Positions 53,598-63,731 are shown, counted from the first letter of the stretch. The stretch: 64,000 nt of DNA from an uncultured Haloferula sp. (GCA_965652295.1 CBFGTS010000008.1:1-64000), one strand, 5' to 3'. Notes: generated by a model not told the origin, from the sequence alone. A program made the numbers and translations.

Positions 53598-54542
53598 TCA
53601 GGGCTGCGGCCAGAGGTAACGAAGGACCAGTTTGCCGACCTTTTCGAGCATCTCGGGTCGCACCTTTTCGAGAGTGTCGCCGGGTTGGTGCCAGTAATCC
53701 ATGGTCGTGAAGTCACCGATCAGATGAACGCAGGGAACTCCGGCGTACTGGAGGGGGAGGTGGTCGTCCACGATCTGACCCGGGGACGGGCGGACACCGG
53801 CAGGGAAGTCAAGATCCCCAGCAAGGGCCGGAATGGCGGCCTTGAAGGAGGCGGGAGCTTCCGGGTTGTAAAGGAGGGGGTGATCGGGATCTCCGACGAT
53901 ATCCAGGACGACGCCCAGGGCCGGCCGGGTGGGACGGCGCATGAGGTTGCGGGCGAAGTTCTTGGACCCGTAAAGCCCGTCGCTGGGGGTGATGTTCTCG
54001 CCCCAGGCCTCTTCGCCATCGAAGAAGACGAATTCCACCTTGGCGGCGGTGGCGGGGTCGGTGGAGAGCACGCGCGCCATCTCCAGCATGATGCCGGTCG
54101 AGGAGCCTCCATCGTTCGCGCCGACAAAGGGGAAGGGAAGGTGCTTTGAGTCGATGTGCCCGCCGATAAGGATGGGCGGGGAAGCGGGATAGGCCGGAGC
54201 CGAGCGATGACGGGCGATGACGTTGAGAAATGTGACGACGCCGCGGGGCGTTTCGGCCTGGAAGGGTTCCCGGCGGACGACCCACCCTTGATCGGAAAGA
54301 ACCTTGTCGAGGTAATCCACGGTTTTGGAATAGCCCGTGGAGCCCGGGGGGCGCGGCCCGAAAGCGACGATGTTCGATACGTGGCGATGGGCGTTTTCGC
54401 CGGAAAAGGCCTCGGCCAGCTCGGTCGCGACGGATTCCCGCTGAGGAGACGGGGCGGACGTGTCGGCGGACTCCGTCTTTTTGCAAGCGACCGAAGCCAG
54501 GGCGAGGATCGCGCCCGTGGTGGCGAAGAGGCGGAATGCCAT
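53598..54542 (-). CDS. M28 family peptidase / glutaminyl cyclase-like lipoprotein
   Basis: Lipobox SVA-C; FGPRPPGS, GHIDSK, GANDGGSS, FDGEE, DDHLP and YWH motifs. Confidence 0.88.
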   Translation of the reverse strand: MAFRLFATTGAILALASVACKKTESADTSAPSPQRESVATELAEAFSGENAHRHVSNIVAFGPRPPGSTGYSKTVDYLDKVLSDQGWVVRREPFQAETPRGVVTFLNVIARHRSAPAYPASPPILIGGHIDSKHLPFPFVGANDGGSSTGIMLEMARVLSTDPATAAKVEFVFFDGEEAWGENITPSDGLYGSKNFARNLMRRPTRPALGVVLDIVGDPDHPLLYNPEAPASFKAAIPALAGDLDFPAGVRPSPGQIVDDHLPLQYAGVPCVHLIGDFTTMDYWHQPGDTLEKVRPEMLEKVGKLVLRYLWPQP

Positions 54543-54555
54543 GGGGCGGGGACGT

Positions 54556-55452
54556 TCAGACTTCGCCGACTCCGAGCAACTCGAGGATGCGCTGGAGGTC
54601 GTCGTTGCCATAGTATTCGAGCTCGATTCTGCCCTTCTTCGCGCCGTGCTGAACGGTGACGTGGGTGGCAAAATGGTCGCGGAGGCGGCTCTGGATCGCG
54701 CGCAGGTGCGAATCGGCTTCGGACTGGGCGGCGGTCGAGACGGGCTTGGAACCTTTCTTCGATTCGGCACCGCCGTTCGAGAGTTCCTGGGACAGCTTCT
54801 CCGCGGCGCGGACGGTCATCGATTTCCGCAGGATCTGGTCGCTGGCGAGGAGCTGGACGTCCTTGTCCTTGATTGCGAGGATGGCCTTGGCGTGGCCGAC
54901 GCTGAGGTGGCTCTGGGCGACGAGAACCTGGATGTCCGGATGGAGTTCCAGCAGGCGCATGGCGTTGGCGACGCTGGCGCGGGATTTGCCGACGCGGGTG
55001 CCGATCTCTTCCTGTTTCATCGAGAACTCCTTGGCGAGGCGGACGTAACCGGCGGCTTCTTCGATGGGGTTGAGATCCTCGCGCTGGAGGTTCTCGATGA
55101 GGGCCATTTCGAGCACGTCGCGATCGGACGCCTCGCGCTCGATGACGGGCACGGTTTTCAGGCCGAGCTTCTTGGAGGCACGCCAGCGGCGTTCGCCGGC
55201 GATGAGCTCGTATTTTCCGTCCACTTTGCGGACGATAAGCGGCTGGATGATGCCGTGCTGGCGGATGGATTCGACGAGTTCATCCAGCGGCGACTCGACG
55301 AAATGGGTCCGCGGTTGGAGCGGGCTTGGCACCACTTGGTCGATCGGCACCTCGCGGGCATGGCCGGCTCCGTCGCCCGCCTCTTGTGAGGGGGCATTGT
55401 CCTGTTTTCGGATGAGAGCGCCGAGTCCTTTGCCTAGTGCCTGTTTCGACAT
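54556..55452 (-). CDS. parB: ParB/Spo0J partition protein
   Basis: LGKGLGAL, QPR, IAGERRWRA, ENLQREDLNPIEEA, GKSRASVAN and GHAKA motifs. Confidence 0.95.
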   Translation of the reverse strand: MSKQALGKGLGALIRKQDNAPSQEAGDGAGHAREVPIDQVVPSPLQPRTHFVESPLDELVESIRQHGIIQPLIVRKVDGKYELIAGERRWRASKKLGLKTVPVIEREASDRDVLEMALIENLQREDLNPIEEAAGYVRLAKEFSMKQEEIGTRVGKSRASVANAMRLLELHPDIQVLVAQSHLSVGHAKAILAIKDKDVQLLASDQILRKSMTVRAAEKLSQELSNGGAESKKGSKPVSTAAQSEADSHLRAIQSRLRDHFATHVTVQHGAKKGRIELEYYGNDDLQRILELLGVGEV

Positions 55453-55570
55453 GGGGCGACGAAGCTGGCAAAGCTGGGGGTGGTAAGCCAAGCGGATTCG
55501 TGAAGGAAACGGGAATCGCTGGAATTCCGAGACGCTTGACCTCGCCGGAGGAGGAGGTCATCCGTCTGGC

Positions 55571-56158
55571 ATGAAAATTTGGATATGGAGCGCCTGGATC
55601 GGGGCGGTATTGAGCGGGGTCGGTTTTTCCCAAAACGCGGCCCCGGTGGAGGTGGTGAAATCGGCGGAAACGGCCGTGCAGGAACTCGGCGACAAGATCG
55701 TGCGCGGAGAGCATGAGGCGGCGGTGGAGAGCATGTATCCACAGTGGAAGGAGCGGATGGCCAATCGCAGTGGCGGGATGGAGAAATTGGAGCAAAGCCT
55801 GCGTGGCATCGGAGATCTGCTGGCCCGCAGCGGCATCAGCGTGATTTCCGTGAGAACCTACGGTGTGCCCAGTTCCCACGAGGTCTGGCCGGGAAAATCG
55901 GTCGACGGCTCCCCGGTTTACACCAAGTGGCTGGTGCTGGTGCCGACGGTGACCCGCATGCGGCTGCTGCAGGAGGGGAATCCGAAGCCGGTGTTGATCG
56001 ACAGTTACGGCTTTCAGGTCGCGATCTCCGACAAGCAGGAAGGCGGCTGGAAATTCATCAACGGCTCGGACGTCAGTGTGGCGGACCTGAGGTCGATGTT
56101 CACCTCCTTGCCGGGCAATCTGGAGCTGCCCGCGGTGAAGCGTGAGGAAGTCAAGTGA
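55571..56158 (+). CDS. Exported hypothetical protein
   Basis: Signal peptide; alpha+beta ORF ending GWKFING; no recognised family. Confidence 0.7.
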   Translation: MKIWIWSAWIGAVLSGVGFSQNAAPVEVVKSAETAVQELGDKIVRGEHEAAVESMYPQWKERMANRSGGMEKLEQSLRGIGDLLARSGISVISVRTYGVPSSHEVWPGKSVDGSPVYTKWLVLVPTVTRMRLLQEGNPKPVLIDSYGFQVAISDKQEGGWKFINGSDVSVADLRSMFTSLPGNLELPAVKREEVK

Positions 56159-56165
56159 CCCGGAC

Positions 56166-56729
56166 ATGGCCCGCAACAAGAACTCCCGGATGGAGAAGGA
56201 AGCGAAGCTTCACCGCAAGCTGCTGAAACTGTGGCAACGCGGCCAGAGCGAGCTGTGCGAGGTGAGGGAGTCGGACATCCACGGGCGTGGCGTCTATGCC
56301 ACGCGGGATATCGCTCCGGAGACCGAGATCATCGAATACATCGGCGAACTCATCGACAAGGAGGAGAGCGAGCGGCGGGCGTGGGCGCAGGCCGAGCATG
56401 CGGAGCAGACCGGCGACGCCGCGGTTTATATTTTCACTCTGGACGACGACTGGGACATCGATGGCAACGTGCCTTGGAACACGGCGCGCCTGATCAACCA
56501 CTCCTGCGATCCCAACTGCGAAGCGTGGGTCGTGGAGGACAAGATCGTGATCTACTCACTGCGCGACATCCGCGAGGGCGAGGAGCTGACCTTTGACTAC
56601 GGCTTCGACATCGAGTGCTACGAGGATCACCCCTGCCGCTGCGGCCGGCCGGGCTGCGTCGGTTACATCGTGAGCCGCGAGCAATGGGACCAGCTCAGCG
56701 AGCGGCTGGCGGGAAAGAAGGCGGGCTGA
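56166..56729 (+). CDS. SET domain protein-lysine methyltransferase with post-SET cysteines
   Basis: HGRGVYA, IEYIGE, ARLINHSCDPNC, EELTFDY and CRCGRPGC motifs. Confidence 0.93.
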   Translation: MARNKNSRMEKEAKLHRKLLKLWQRGQSELCEVRESDIHGRGVYATRDIAPETEIIEYIGELIDKEESERRAWAQAEHAEQTGDAAVYIFTLDDDWDIDGNVPWNTARLINHSCDPNCEAWVVEDKIVIYSLRDIREGEELTFDYGFDIECYEDHPCRCGRPGCVGYIVSREQWDQLSERLAGKKAG

Positions 56730-57626
56730 TCACCACGAACCGACCGTCACGCCCACGCGGACATAGGGCGAGCCCTCGGCGTCGCCGAGGCCGGGCGTGA
56801 TGTACGTGCGGCCGCCGGGGCTGGTGATCCTCAATTCGTTTCCAAAAGTGTAGCCGGCTCCGAGGTCGAGCCATACGTCGCCACCGAGGCGTTGGCGGAA
56901 GATCAACCCGGCACGGGCGGAGTCGTAGTCGAGCTGGGCATCCTGCCCCGCGAATCGGGTGCTCCAGTTTCCTCCACCCCACGCGGCTTCGAGGCCGAGG
57001 TGCCGGTCCTCCCCGAGGTCGCGGCGGATCACGAAGCGGGTGCCGTAGAGAAAGGTCGTCCAGTGATCGTTGATTTCCCAAAGAAACGCCGGGCCCGCGA
57101 TCAGCGAGGGGTCGTTGGTGAGGTCCGCGCCGTAAACGGAAAGTCCCAGAAGCAGCGAATCGGAGAAGCGGTAGCCGACGCCAGCGGCAGCAGCGAAAAA
57201 GAAATCCCGGCTGTCGACGCTTTCGAAAGAGGAATGAATGCCAGGCTTGAGCATCACGCCGTAGAGCCAGCCGTCGTTCTGTCCGATGAAGAAGTTGTAG
57301 AAATCGACGCGATGCAGCGGATCTTCGATCTCTGGGGCCAGGGCGGACAGGCCGGGAGGTGTGTTCTCCAGATTGAACAGCGAGAAATCATAGGTCAGCG
57401 CCGGAAGCCAGGCGAGACCGCCGGGTGTTTCATACTGCCCGAGCAGGGCGAAGGCACCGATGTTGGTGAAGCTCATGCTCGCCGCGCCGGTGTCGAAATC
57501 CGTTCCGAAGGAGTGGGTCGCGCGCAGGCTGGCGACGTTGATGTATTCGCGGATGTCGAGCTGGTCCGTTTCGACGGGGGCGGGAGGAAGGGCGAGGGCG
57601 GTTCCGGCGATGAGCACGTGAATCAT
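56730..57626 (-). CDS. Putative outer-membrane beta-barrel protein
   Basis: Signal peptide, alternating amphipathic strands and terminal VRVGVTVGSW. Confidence 0.7.
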   Translation of the reverse strand: MIHVLIAGTALALPPAPVETDQLDIREYINVASLRATHSFGTDFDTGAASMSFTNIGAFALLGQYETPGGLAWLPALTYDFSLFNLENTPPGLSALAPEIEDPLHRVDFYNFFIGQNDGWLYGVMLKPGIHSSFESVDSRDFFFAAAAGVGYRFSDSLLLGLSVYGADLTNDPSLIAGPAFLWEINDHWTTFLYGTRFVIRRDLGEDRHLGLEAAWGGGNWSTRFAGQDAQLDYDSARAGLIFRQRLGGDVWLDLGAGYTFGNELRITSPGGRTYITPGLGDAEGSPYVRVGVTVGSW

Positions 57627-57666
57627 ATTGTCTGGGATAATGAGTTCCGGCTACCCTCCACCTGCG

Positions 57667-57999
57667 ATGCACGGAAACAAGTCAACATTGTTCGCCCAAT
57701 CGGTTTATGACGCCCTCGGCCGGATTCCGTCCGGCAAGGTGACGACCTATAAGGAGCTCGGGAGGTCGATCGGGTGCGGCTCGCCGAGAGCGGTGGGCCA
57801 GGCGCTGCGGCGGAACCCGGACGCGCCCGAGGTGCCGTGCCACCGGGTGGTGCGCAGCGACGGCGGGCTGGGCGGCTATCAGGGAGAGACGGCGGGAGAG
57901 GGACTGGCGCGGAAAGAGAGTCTGCTGCGACAAGAAGGCGTTGTTTTCATGGATGAGAGGCGCGTGGATCTGACCTCGTCGGGTCACACCTTCGGTTAA
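57667..57999 (+). CDS. Single-domain O6-methylguanine-DNA methyltransferase (MGMT family)
   Basis: IPSGKVTTY, RAVGQAL..NP, PCHRVV and GGY motifs. Confidence 0.9.
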   Translation: MHGNKSTLFAQSVYDALGRIPSGKVTTYKELGRSIGCGSPRAVGQALRRNPDAPEVPCHRVVRSDGGLGGYQGETAGEGLARKESLLRQEGVVFMDERRVDLTSSGHTFG

Positions 58000-58310
58000 C
58001 GCCCGGCCAGCTCGATCACCCAGGAAACGATCGCGGCGATCGCCCCAAGCATCAGGAACATCAGCAAGAGACTGCGACCTTGTGCGCGGCGCTCGTTGCG
58101 GATTTCCCCCCGTGCGGCCTGCTCCTCGAAGCGGCGGTGGCGATCGCGGTCCACCAGATCGTCCGGAGGCGGAATCGTGGTTTCCCGCTCGATGAGCTCG
58201 AGTTCGAGTTGGCTCGGCAAGGCTTCCAGCTCGGCGATCTTCTCCTCCAGCTCGCGGCTTGCGTCGGCGAGCTGGTCGAGTTGTTCGTCGCGGGATTGTT
58301 TCCGGGCCAT
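57996..58310 (-). CDS. Small coiled-coil protein with a C-terminal TM anchor
   Basis: Acidic coiled coil followed by LLLMFLMLGAIAAIVSWVI. Confidence 0.65.
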   Translation of the reverse strand: MARKQSRDEQLDQLADASRELEEKIAELEALPSQLELELIERETTIPPPDDLVDRDRHRRFEEQAARGEIRNERRAQGRSLLLMFLMLGAIAAIVSWVIELAGR

Positions 58311-58324
58311 AGCGTCCCCCCAGA

Positions 58325-58936
58325 TCAGCGGCTCAGCCAGGCGACCAGAGCGACGAGCCCGAGCCCCAGCACCGGAAGGTTGAACGCCAGCCCGCGAAGG
58401 AACTGTTGCTTGAACTCGCCCGAGCCGCCGCGGGAGCGACGGACTCCTTGGAAAATCGAGGCGCTGCGGGTACGGGCGAAGTGCTCGGCCGCCTGGGAGT
58501 ATTCATCCTCGGCATGCTCGACGATGGCCAGCGCGCGATCGAGCTGACCGCTGAGCTGGTCGCGCGACCAGCCTTCTGGGTTGAGCTTTTCGATTTTGGA
58601 AAGATGGCCGGCAAAGCAACTTCGGCACTGCTCCAGGTCATCGATCTCCTGCCGCATTTCAAACACCTGGCGGTCGATCAAAGTGAGCGAGGAGGAGAGT
58701 CGGTCCGTCATTTCCACCTGGGAGCCGATCAGCTCGCGGCGACGGAAATTCAGCCGTTCGGTCTCCTGTTTCAGCCGCTCCAACTCCTCGCGCTGCGCCT
58801 GCAACTCCTCGAGCTGGGTCTGGGCCATGCGCAGGCGTCCTTCGACGTCGTCTCCGCTTCTGGCGGGCGCTCCGTCCATTTCGAGTTGGGTGTCGCGGAT
58901 ACGGATGTGGTGGGTGTGCTCTTTGGTTGCGGGCAT
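58325..58936 (-). CDS. Coiled-coil protein with a C-terminal TM anchor
   Basis: Q/E/R-rich heptads followed by AFNLPVLGLGLVALVAWL. Confidence 0.7.
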   Translation of the reverse strand: MPATKEHTHHIRIRDTQLEMDGAPARSGDDVEGRLRMAQTQLEELQAQREELERLKQETERLNFRRRELIGSQVEMTDRLSSSLTLIDRQVFEMRQEIDDLEQCRSCFAGHLSKIEKLNPEGWSRDQLSGQLDRALAIVEHAEDEYSQAAEHFARTRSASIFQGVRRSRGGSGEFKQQFLRGLAFNLPVLGLGLVALVAWLSR

Positions 58937-59118
58937 TGCCTTGGGAAGGAGGCGGAACAGCGTCGAAGTTTTAAGGATTCGTCTGCTGTTTTTCCAGCGA
59001 AATGTTTGGATCTTCCGACCTTAATCATTTCCTTCATACCGTCGGACCGGAGTGGGAGGAATTCTTCGAAGCGAAATGAAAAGATCCCCGGGTGGATTCA
59101 GTAAGGAACGCCATAGCG

Positions 59119-60486
59119 ATGAATAACCCACACGTTTCCCGGCGCCGTTTCCTCAAGTCCTCCTCGTTTGCCGCTGGCGCGGCGGCGTTTCCGAACCTGC
59201 TGCTCGGGCAGGACAAGGAAACCTCCAAGATGCTCCAAGTGGCCGCGGTCGGCTGCGGCGGCAAGGGTCGTGGAGATATTTCCGAGATCGCCACCGGCAA
59301 TCGAATCGTCGCGCTCTGCGATGTGGATCACGTTCGTGCGAAGGATGCGTTCGATGCGTTCCCCGAGGCCAAGCGCTTCTTCGATTTCCGGGAGATGCTT
59401 TCGGAAATGGCGGATCAGATCGATGTGGTGACGGTTTCCACCGCCGATCACATGCACTTTCCCATCGCCCTCGAAGCGATGCGTCTCGGCAAGCCGGTCT
59501 TCGTGCAGAAGCCGCTGACCAATCGCATCTGGGAAGCACGGGCGCTGGCGCACGTGGCCAAGAAGAAGGGCCTGATGACGGTGATGGGGAACCAGGGCGC
59601 GACGACCGCGGGCACGCGGATTCTCCGCGAGTGGATCGAAGCCGGCCTGATCGGGGAGGTGACCGAGGTCCACTACTGGACGAATCGACCGATCTGGCCG
59701 CAGGGCAAGGGCCTCGATTTTCCCAAGGAAGCGGTGCCGGACACGCTCAACTGGGACGTCTGGCAGGGATCGGTGGCGGAGCGGCGGGACTACAGCCCGC
59801 GAATCCACCCCTTCGCCTGGCGCGGGTTCTGGGACTATGGCTGCGGCGCGCTGGGCGACATCGGTTGCCACAGCTTCAACTCCGCCTTCTGGGCCCTGAA
59901 CCTGAGCGGCGACTTCATCGTCGAGGCCAGCGACGTGAGCGAGTTCGACGACGTGACCGCCCCGAGCCGCTCGACGATCGAGTATCTTTTCCCCGCGAAG
60001 AACGGTCGTGGCCCGGTCAAGGTGCTGTGGCAGGACGGCGTGGGCGATCCGAACACCGACAAGGATTTCGTGCGTCCTCCGGGCATTCCCGACGATCTTG
60101 AGCTGAACCACGAGTTCGGTCAGGTGTTCGTGGGCACCGAGGGCGTGATGTATTGCTCCGACGCCTACTGCGGGCGTCCGCCGCAGCTCTTCAATGAGAA
60201 GCTCATTGAGAAGTCGCGGACCATCAAACCGGTCTATGAACGGGTGAAGGGCGGACCGACCCAGGAGCTGGCCCGCGCCATCCGTGGGGAGGGGCCGAAG
60301 CCAATCTCGAATTTCGAGGATCACGCCGGGCCGTTGACCGAGATGGTGCTGGCCGGAAACCTGGCGGTGCGCCTTGGCAAGAAGGTCGACTGGGATTCCA
60401 AGGGCATGAAGGTCCGCGGATATCCTCAAGCGGACGAACTCCTGCGCCGCGAGTATTTCAAAGGCTGGGAGCCGGAGGGGGTGTAA
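59119..60486 (+). CDS. Tat-exported Gfo/Idh/MocA family oxidoreductase
   Basis: SRRRFLK Tat motif; VGCGGKG, TADHMH, VQKPL, MGNQG and GALGDIGCH motifs. Confidence 0.92.
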   Translation: MNNPHVSRRRFLKSSSFAAGAAAFPNLLLGQDKETSKMLQVAAVGCGGKGRGDISEIATGNRIVALCDVDHVRAKDAFDAFPEAKRFFDFREMLSEMADQIDVVTVSTADHMHFPIALEAMRLGKPVFVQKPLTNRIWEARALAHVAKKKGLMTVMGNQGATTAGTRILREWIEAGLIGEVTEVHYWTNRPIWPQGKGLDFPKEAVPDTLNWDVWQGSVAERRDYSPRIHPFAWRGFWDYGCGALGDIGCHSFNSAFWALNLSGDFIVEASDVSEFDDVTAPSRSTIEYLFPAKNGRGPVKVLWQDGVGDPNTDKDFVRPPGIPDDLELNHEFGQVFVGTEGVMYCSDAYCGRPPQLFNEKLIEKSRTIKPVYERVKGGPTQELARAIRGEGPKPISNFEDHAGPLTEMVLAGNLAVRLGKKVDWDSKGMKVRGYPQADELLRREYFKGWEPEGV

Positions 60487-60502
60487 GTCTTTTCGTTGGT
60501 GA

Positions 60503-60706
60503 TCAACCTCCGGCGGCGATGGTGACGATCTCGATCACCGCGCCGTCGGAGACGGTGCGGTGGGCGTGTTCGCCGGGCGGCAGGGCTTCGCGGTCGAGTT
60601 CGATCACGACGGGCTTGCCGCCGAGACCGAGGTGATCGAGCAGCTTTGGCAGCGGCATTTCGTCGCCGGGCAGCTGCTGGGGTTGGCCGTTGAGAGTGAT
60701 AGTCAT
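60503..60706 (-). CDS. thiS: Sulfur carrier protein ThiS
   Basis: 67 aa, ITLNG start and C-terminal AAGG. Confidence 0.92.
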   Translation of the reverse strand: MTITLNGQPQQLPGDEMPLPKLLDHLGLGGKPVVIELDREALPPGEHAHRTVSDGAVIEIVTIAAGG

Positions 60707-60713
60707 CGGTCGG

Positions 60714-61850
60714 TCAGGCGGGATTGAGGATGGCTTCGTCCCAGTCCTTCCAGACGGGTTCGAGATCCTGGCCGCGGAGCATGGCGGCGATGTCCGCGGG
60801 GCTGCGGGAGTCGTCGATTTTGAACTGCTCGGTGGCGCGCTCGCAGCCGGAGCGGTTCTCCATTTCCACGCGGCGGCCGCGAACGGTCAGGTGCAAATCG
60901 TCGTGGCCGGCTCCGGTGTAGCCGCCGGGCTCCGTCTTCGCGCCGGCGGACATGTGGGTGATGCCCAGTGGTGCGAGCGCGTCGCGCAGTGGAGCGGGCT
61001 CGCGGGTGGAAAGCACCACCCCGACCTGGGGAAACATGAGCCGGAACGCCGCGACGAGCTGGATCAGGGCGCGGTCGGAGAGGAACAGGTTCGGGTCCGG
61101 GGTGTATTGGTAGTTTCCGGCGTAGGGCCGCATGCGGGGGAAGGCGACGGTGAGCTGCGCCTTCCAGCAATGTTTGAGGAGATACTCAAGGTGGGCGGCG
61201 AGGCTGAGGGCTTCCGTTTTCCAGTCCGCCAAGCCGAACAGTGCGCCGATGCCGATGCGCCGGAAGCCGCCGCGGTAGGCGCGCTCGGGGCAGTCGAGCC
61301 GCCAGTCGAAATGCTTTTTCGGCCCGGCCGTGTGAAGTCGCGTGTAGGCGGTCTCATCGTAGGTCTCCTGATAGACCACGAGGCCTTCGGCACCGTGGGA
61401 GACGATCTCGGCATACTGCGGGTCCTCCATCGGGCCGACCTCCAGAGCCAGCGTGGGGATGAAGGTGCGCAGGGCGTCGAGACACTCCTGCAGGTAGCCA
61501 TCGGAGACGAATTTCGGATGCTCGCCGGCGACCAGCAGGATGTTGCGGAAGCCGAGGTCGTGGAGGTGGCGGGCCTCGCGCACGACCTGATCGACGCTCA
61601 GCGTGGTGCGGAGGATCGGGTTGTCGCGGGAGAAGCCGCAATAGCTGCAGTTGTTCACGCACTCGTTCGAAACGTAGAGCGGCGCGAACAGGCGCATGGT
61701 GCGGCCGAAATGGCGGCGGGTGACGGCGCGGGATTCGCGGGTCATGGCGCGCAGCCGGGCGTCGTCGCATGGCTGGATGAGCGCTTCGAACCGGCGGAGC
61801 AGCGGGCTGGGGCGGGCGAGCGCGTTCTGAAGTGTGGTGGAGAAGGCCAT
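60714..61850 (-). CDS. thiH: 2-iminoacetate synthase (radical SAM)
   Basis: LFAPLYVSNECVNNCSYCGF, YQETY, IGALFGL, LSTRE, PGGY and QF.I.D.R motifs. Confidence 0.93.
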   Translation of the reverse strand: MAFSTTLQNALARPSPLLRRFEALIQPCDDARLRAMTRESRAVTRRHFGRTMRLFAPLYVSNECVNNCSYCGFSRDNPILRTTLSVDQVVREARHLHDLGFRNILLVAGEHPKFVSDGYLQECLDALRTFIPTLALEVGPMEDPQYAEIVSHGAEGLVVYQETYDETAYTRLHTAGPKKHFDWRLDCPERAYRGGFRRIGIGALFGLADWKTEALSLAAHLEYLLKHCWKAQLTVAFPRMRPYAGNYQYTPDPNLFLSDRALIQLVAAFRLMFPQVGVVLSTREPAPLRDALAPLGITHMSAGAKTEPGGYTGAGHDDLHLTVRGRRVEMENRSGCERATEQFKIDDSRSPADIAAMLRGQDLEPVWKDWDEAILNPA

Positions 61851-61958
61851 CGGGCGGCGGCAGTGTGGGCCCGGGCGGCGGGGCCGTCAAAGGGGTTTGG
61901 GTAGCGAGGGCTTGCCAATCGGGGATGAGCCCGGTTGTTTGCTGGTGAAGACCTTTCC

Positions 61959-62777
61959 ATGACCGAGCCGATTGTTTGCAAACCCACGCCTTGGTTCCTG
62001 CTGCGAGCGGTGGCCATGCTCTTAATGTTCGGGATTTTCGCCGCAATGTTCTTCAAGGACGGCAAGTGGGGATACCGCGAACAGAACCTGGCGTGGTACA
62101 CGTGGAAGGGCTTCGAGAAGGCTTCGGCCGACTTTGCTGCGCAGCGGAGCGAAATGGATGCCGCGGAGTGGAAGGCCTACGCCGCACAGCAGGAAATCGA
62201 GCTGCCGGAAGACCGCTCGATCCTGCCGCCCGATACGCCCGAGCGCCTGCCATGGCCCGAGATCCTCGGCGATTACGAGGCGATGAAGACGGGCGGGGAA
62301 AACCCGCGGACCAAGCTTTTCGATCCCTATCGGGAGGCCGTGGGCATGAAAGCGAAGGTTCCGGAGCACGATTTCATCGCTCAGAAGATTTTCGAACAGT
62401 GGGTCGTTTTCTGGATCTGCCTGGTGTTGGCGGCGGGGGCCTTGGTGGTGTTGCTGCGCACCTTGGGCCGCTCGATCAAACTGGAGGGAGGGAAGTTTTT
62501 CCCCGCGGGCGGCAAGCCGGTGGCGGTGGCGGATCTGAAGCGGATCGACCTGCGGCGCTGGCAGAACAAGGGGCTGGCCTATGCGTGGGCGGACGAGGCG
62601 GGCGGCGAGCGGAAGATCCGCATCGACGGCCTGACCTACGGCGGTTTCAAGAGCGAGGACGGCCAACCGGCGGAAAAACTCATGCAAGCCCTGTTGGCCG
62701 GGTTTTCCGGTGAGGTGATCGACTACGAGAAGCCGGCGGAAAGCCCGGTGCCGGAGCCCGGGGCCGGCGGTGACTGA
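61959..62777 (+). CDS. Hypothetical two-TM membrane protein
   Basis: Two hydrophobic segments flanking a ~110-aa loop; no recognised family. Confidence 0.7.
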   Translation: MTEPIVCKPTPWFLLRAVAMLLMFGIFAAMFFKDGKWGYREQNLAWYTWKGFEKASADFAAQRSEMDAAEWKAYAAQQEIELPEDRSILPPDTPERLPWPEILGDYEAMKTGGENPRTKLFDPYREAVGMKAKVPEHDFIAQKIFEQWVVFWICLVLAAGALVVLLRTLGRSIKLEGGKFFPAGGKPVAVADLKRIDLRRWQNKGLAYAWADEAGGERKIRIDGLTYGGFKSEDGQPAEKLMQALLAGFSGEVIDYEKPAESPVPEPGAGGD

Positions 62778-62854
62778 CAGCCGTTTTTTCGGGGTTGCAT
62801 TGCCGGGTTGGCATCGCGTAATCCCTCCCCAACGCAACTACCACAAGCACATCC

Positions 62855-63097
62855 ATGTCTGACAAGAGCATCGAAGACCGCGTCAAAGATATTATCGTGG
62901 ACCAGCTCGGCGTGAACGCCGACCAGGTCACCCCGGAAGCCAAGTTCATCGAGGATCTCGGCGCGGACTCGCTCGACACCGTCGAACTGGTCATGGCTTT
63001 CGAAGAAGAATTCGAAATCGAAGTTCCGGACGAGGAAGCCGAAAAGCTCCAGTCCGTGGGCGACGTGATCACCTACGTGAAGGGCGCCCAAGGCTGA
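62855..63097 (+). CDS. acpP: Acyl carrier protein
   Basis: [20 protein letters not shown] motif. Confidence 0.98.
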   Translation: MSDKSIEDRVKDIIVDQLGVNADQVTPEAKFIEDLGADSLDTVELVMAFEEEFEIEVPDEEAEKLQSVGDVITYVKGAQG

Positions 63098-63122
63098 TCA
63101 GCCCGAGGACGTGACTTTTACC

Positions 63123-63156
63123 CGAGGGGCGGGCCCGGTATCGGGTCCGCCCCTCG
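63123..63156 (+). terminator. 15-bp GC-rich hairpin after acpP
   Basis: CGAGGGGCGGGCCCG-GTAT-CGGGTCCGCCCCTCG; the U tail is weak. Confidence 0.55.
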
Positions 63157-63194
63157 TGCTTTGCGGTTTCGCCGAATCCGGGGAAGGTTCCATC

Positions 63195-63731
63195 ATGCAT
63201 TCACGCGACGACGTCCAGTACGCCATGGAGACCACCAGGGTCCTCCTGACGCCCGACCGCCGGATCGACACCTTCGGCGACACCAGTTTCGAATTTCTGA
63301 TGCTCAGCGAGCTGATGGACAGCGTGGGCAGTATCCGGCTTCGCTCCGGCAGGATCGAAGCCGTCCGCCCGCGGATCGTCCGGCCGGACAACCTCGACGG
63401 CATTGAAATGGAGGGCTTTGACGACAAGGCACGGGAGCGTTTCGAGCGCCTCGTGGCGAAAATGCGTGAAGCCGGTCACAAGCTGGCGTTTCTGCAGTAT
63501 GGCTTCCGTTTCGCCCGCGGGCAGGTGCGCGAGGAACTCGTCACCTCGCCGCTGGACGACCTCCGCGGGCGGGTGTTGGAAGACGCCCGTCAGCGCGGCA
63601 ACCCGGCTCAGGCGATCATTGAGGGTGTGGACGACGCCTGGGAGGTCTCGCTTTTCAAGTTCCTGCTGGAGATGATCGAGCATTCGATGCCGATCAACGG
63701 ATTCGACTTCCAGCGGCGGGGACTTCTTTGA
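63195..63731 (+). CDS. Hypothetical protein
   Basis: 178-aa ORF with normal GC-rich codon usage between acpP and the next gene. Confidence 0.7.
   Translation: MHSRDDVQYAMETTRVLLTPDRRIDTFGDTSFEFLMLSELMDSVGSIRLRSGRIEAVRPRIVRPDNLDGIEMEGFDDKARERFERLVAKMREAGHKLAFLQYGFRFARGQVREELVTSPLDDLRGRVLEDARQRGNPAQAIIEGVDDAWEVSLFKFLLEMIEHSMPINGFDFQRRGLL

Noticed and set aside
61851..61958. TPP riboswitch upstream of thiH-thiS
   Set aside because: The gap is only 108 bp and shared with a divergent gene. No TGAGA/CCCT..ACCTG core is visible, and thiG is not in the window.
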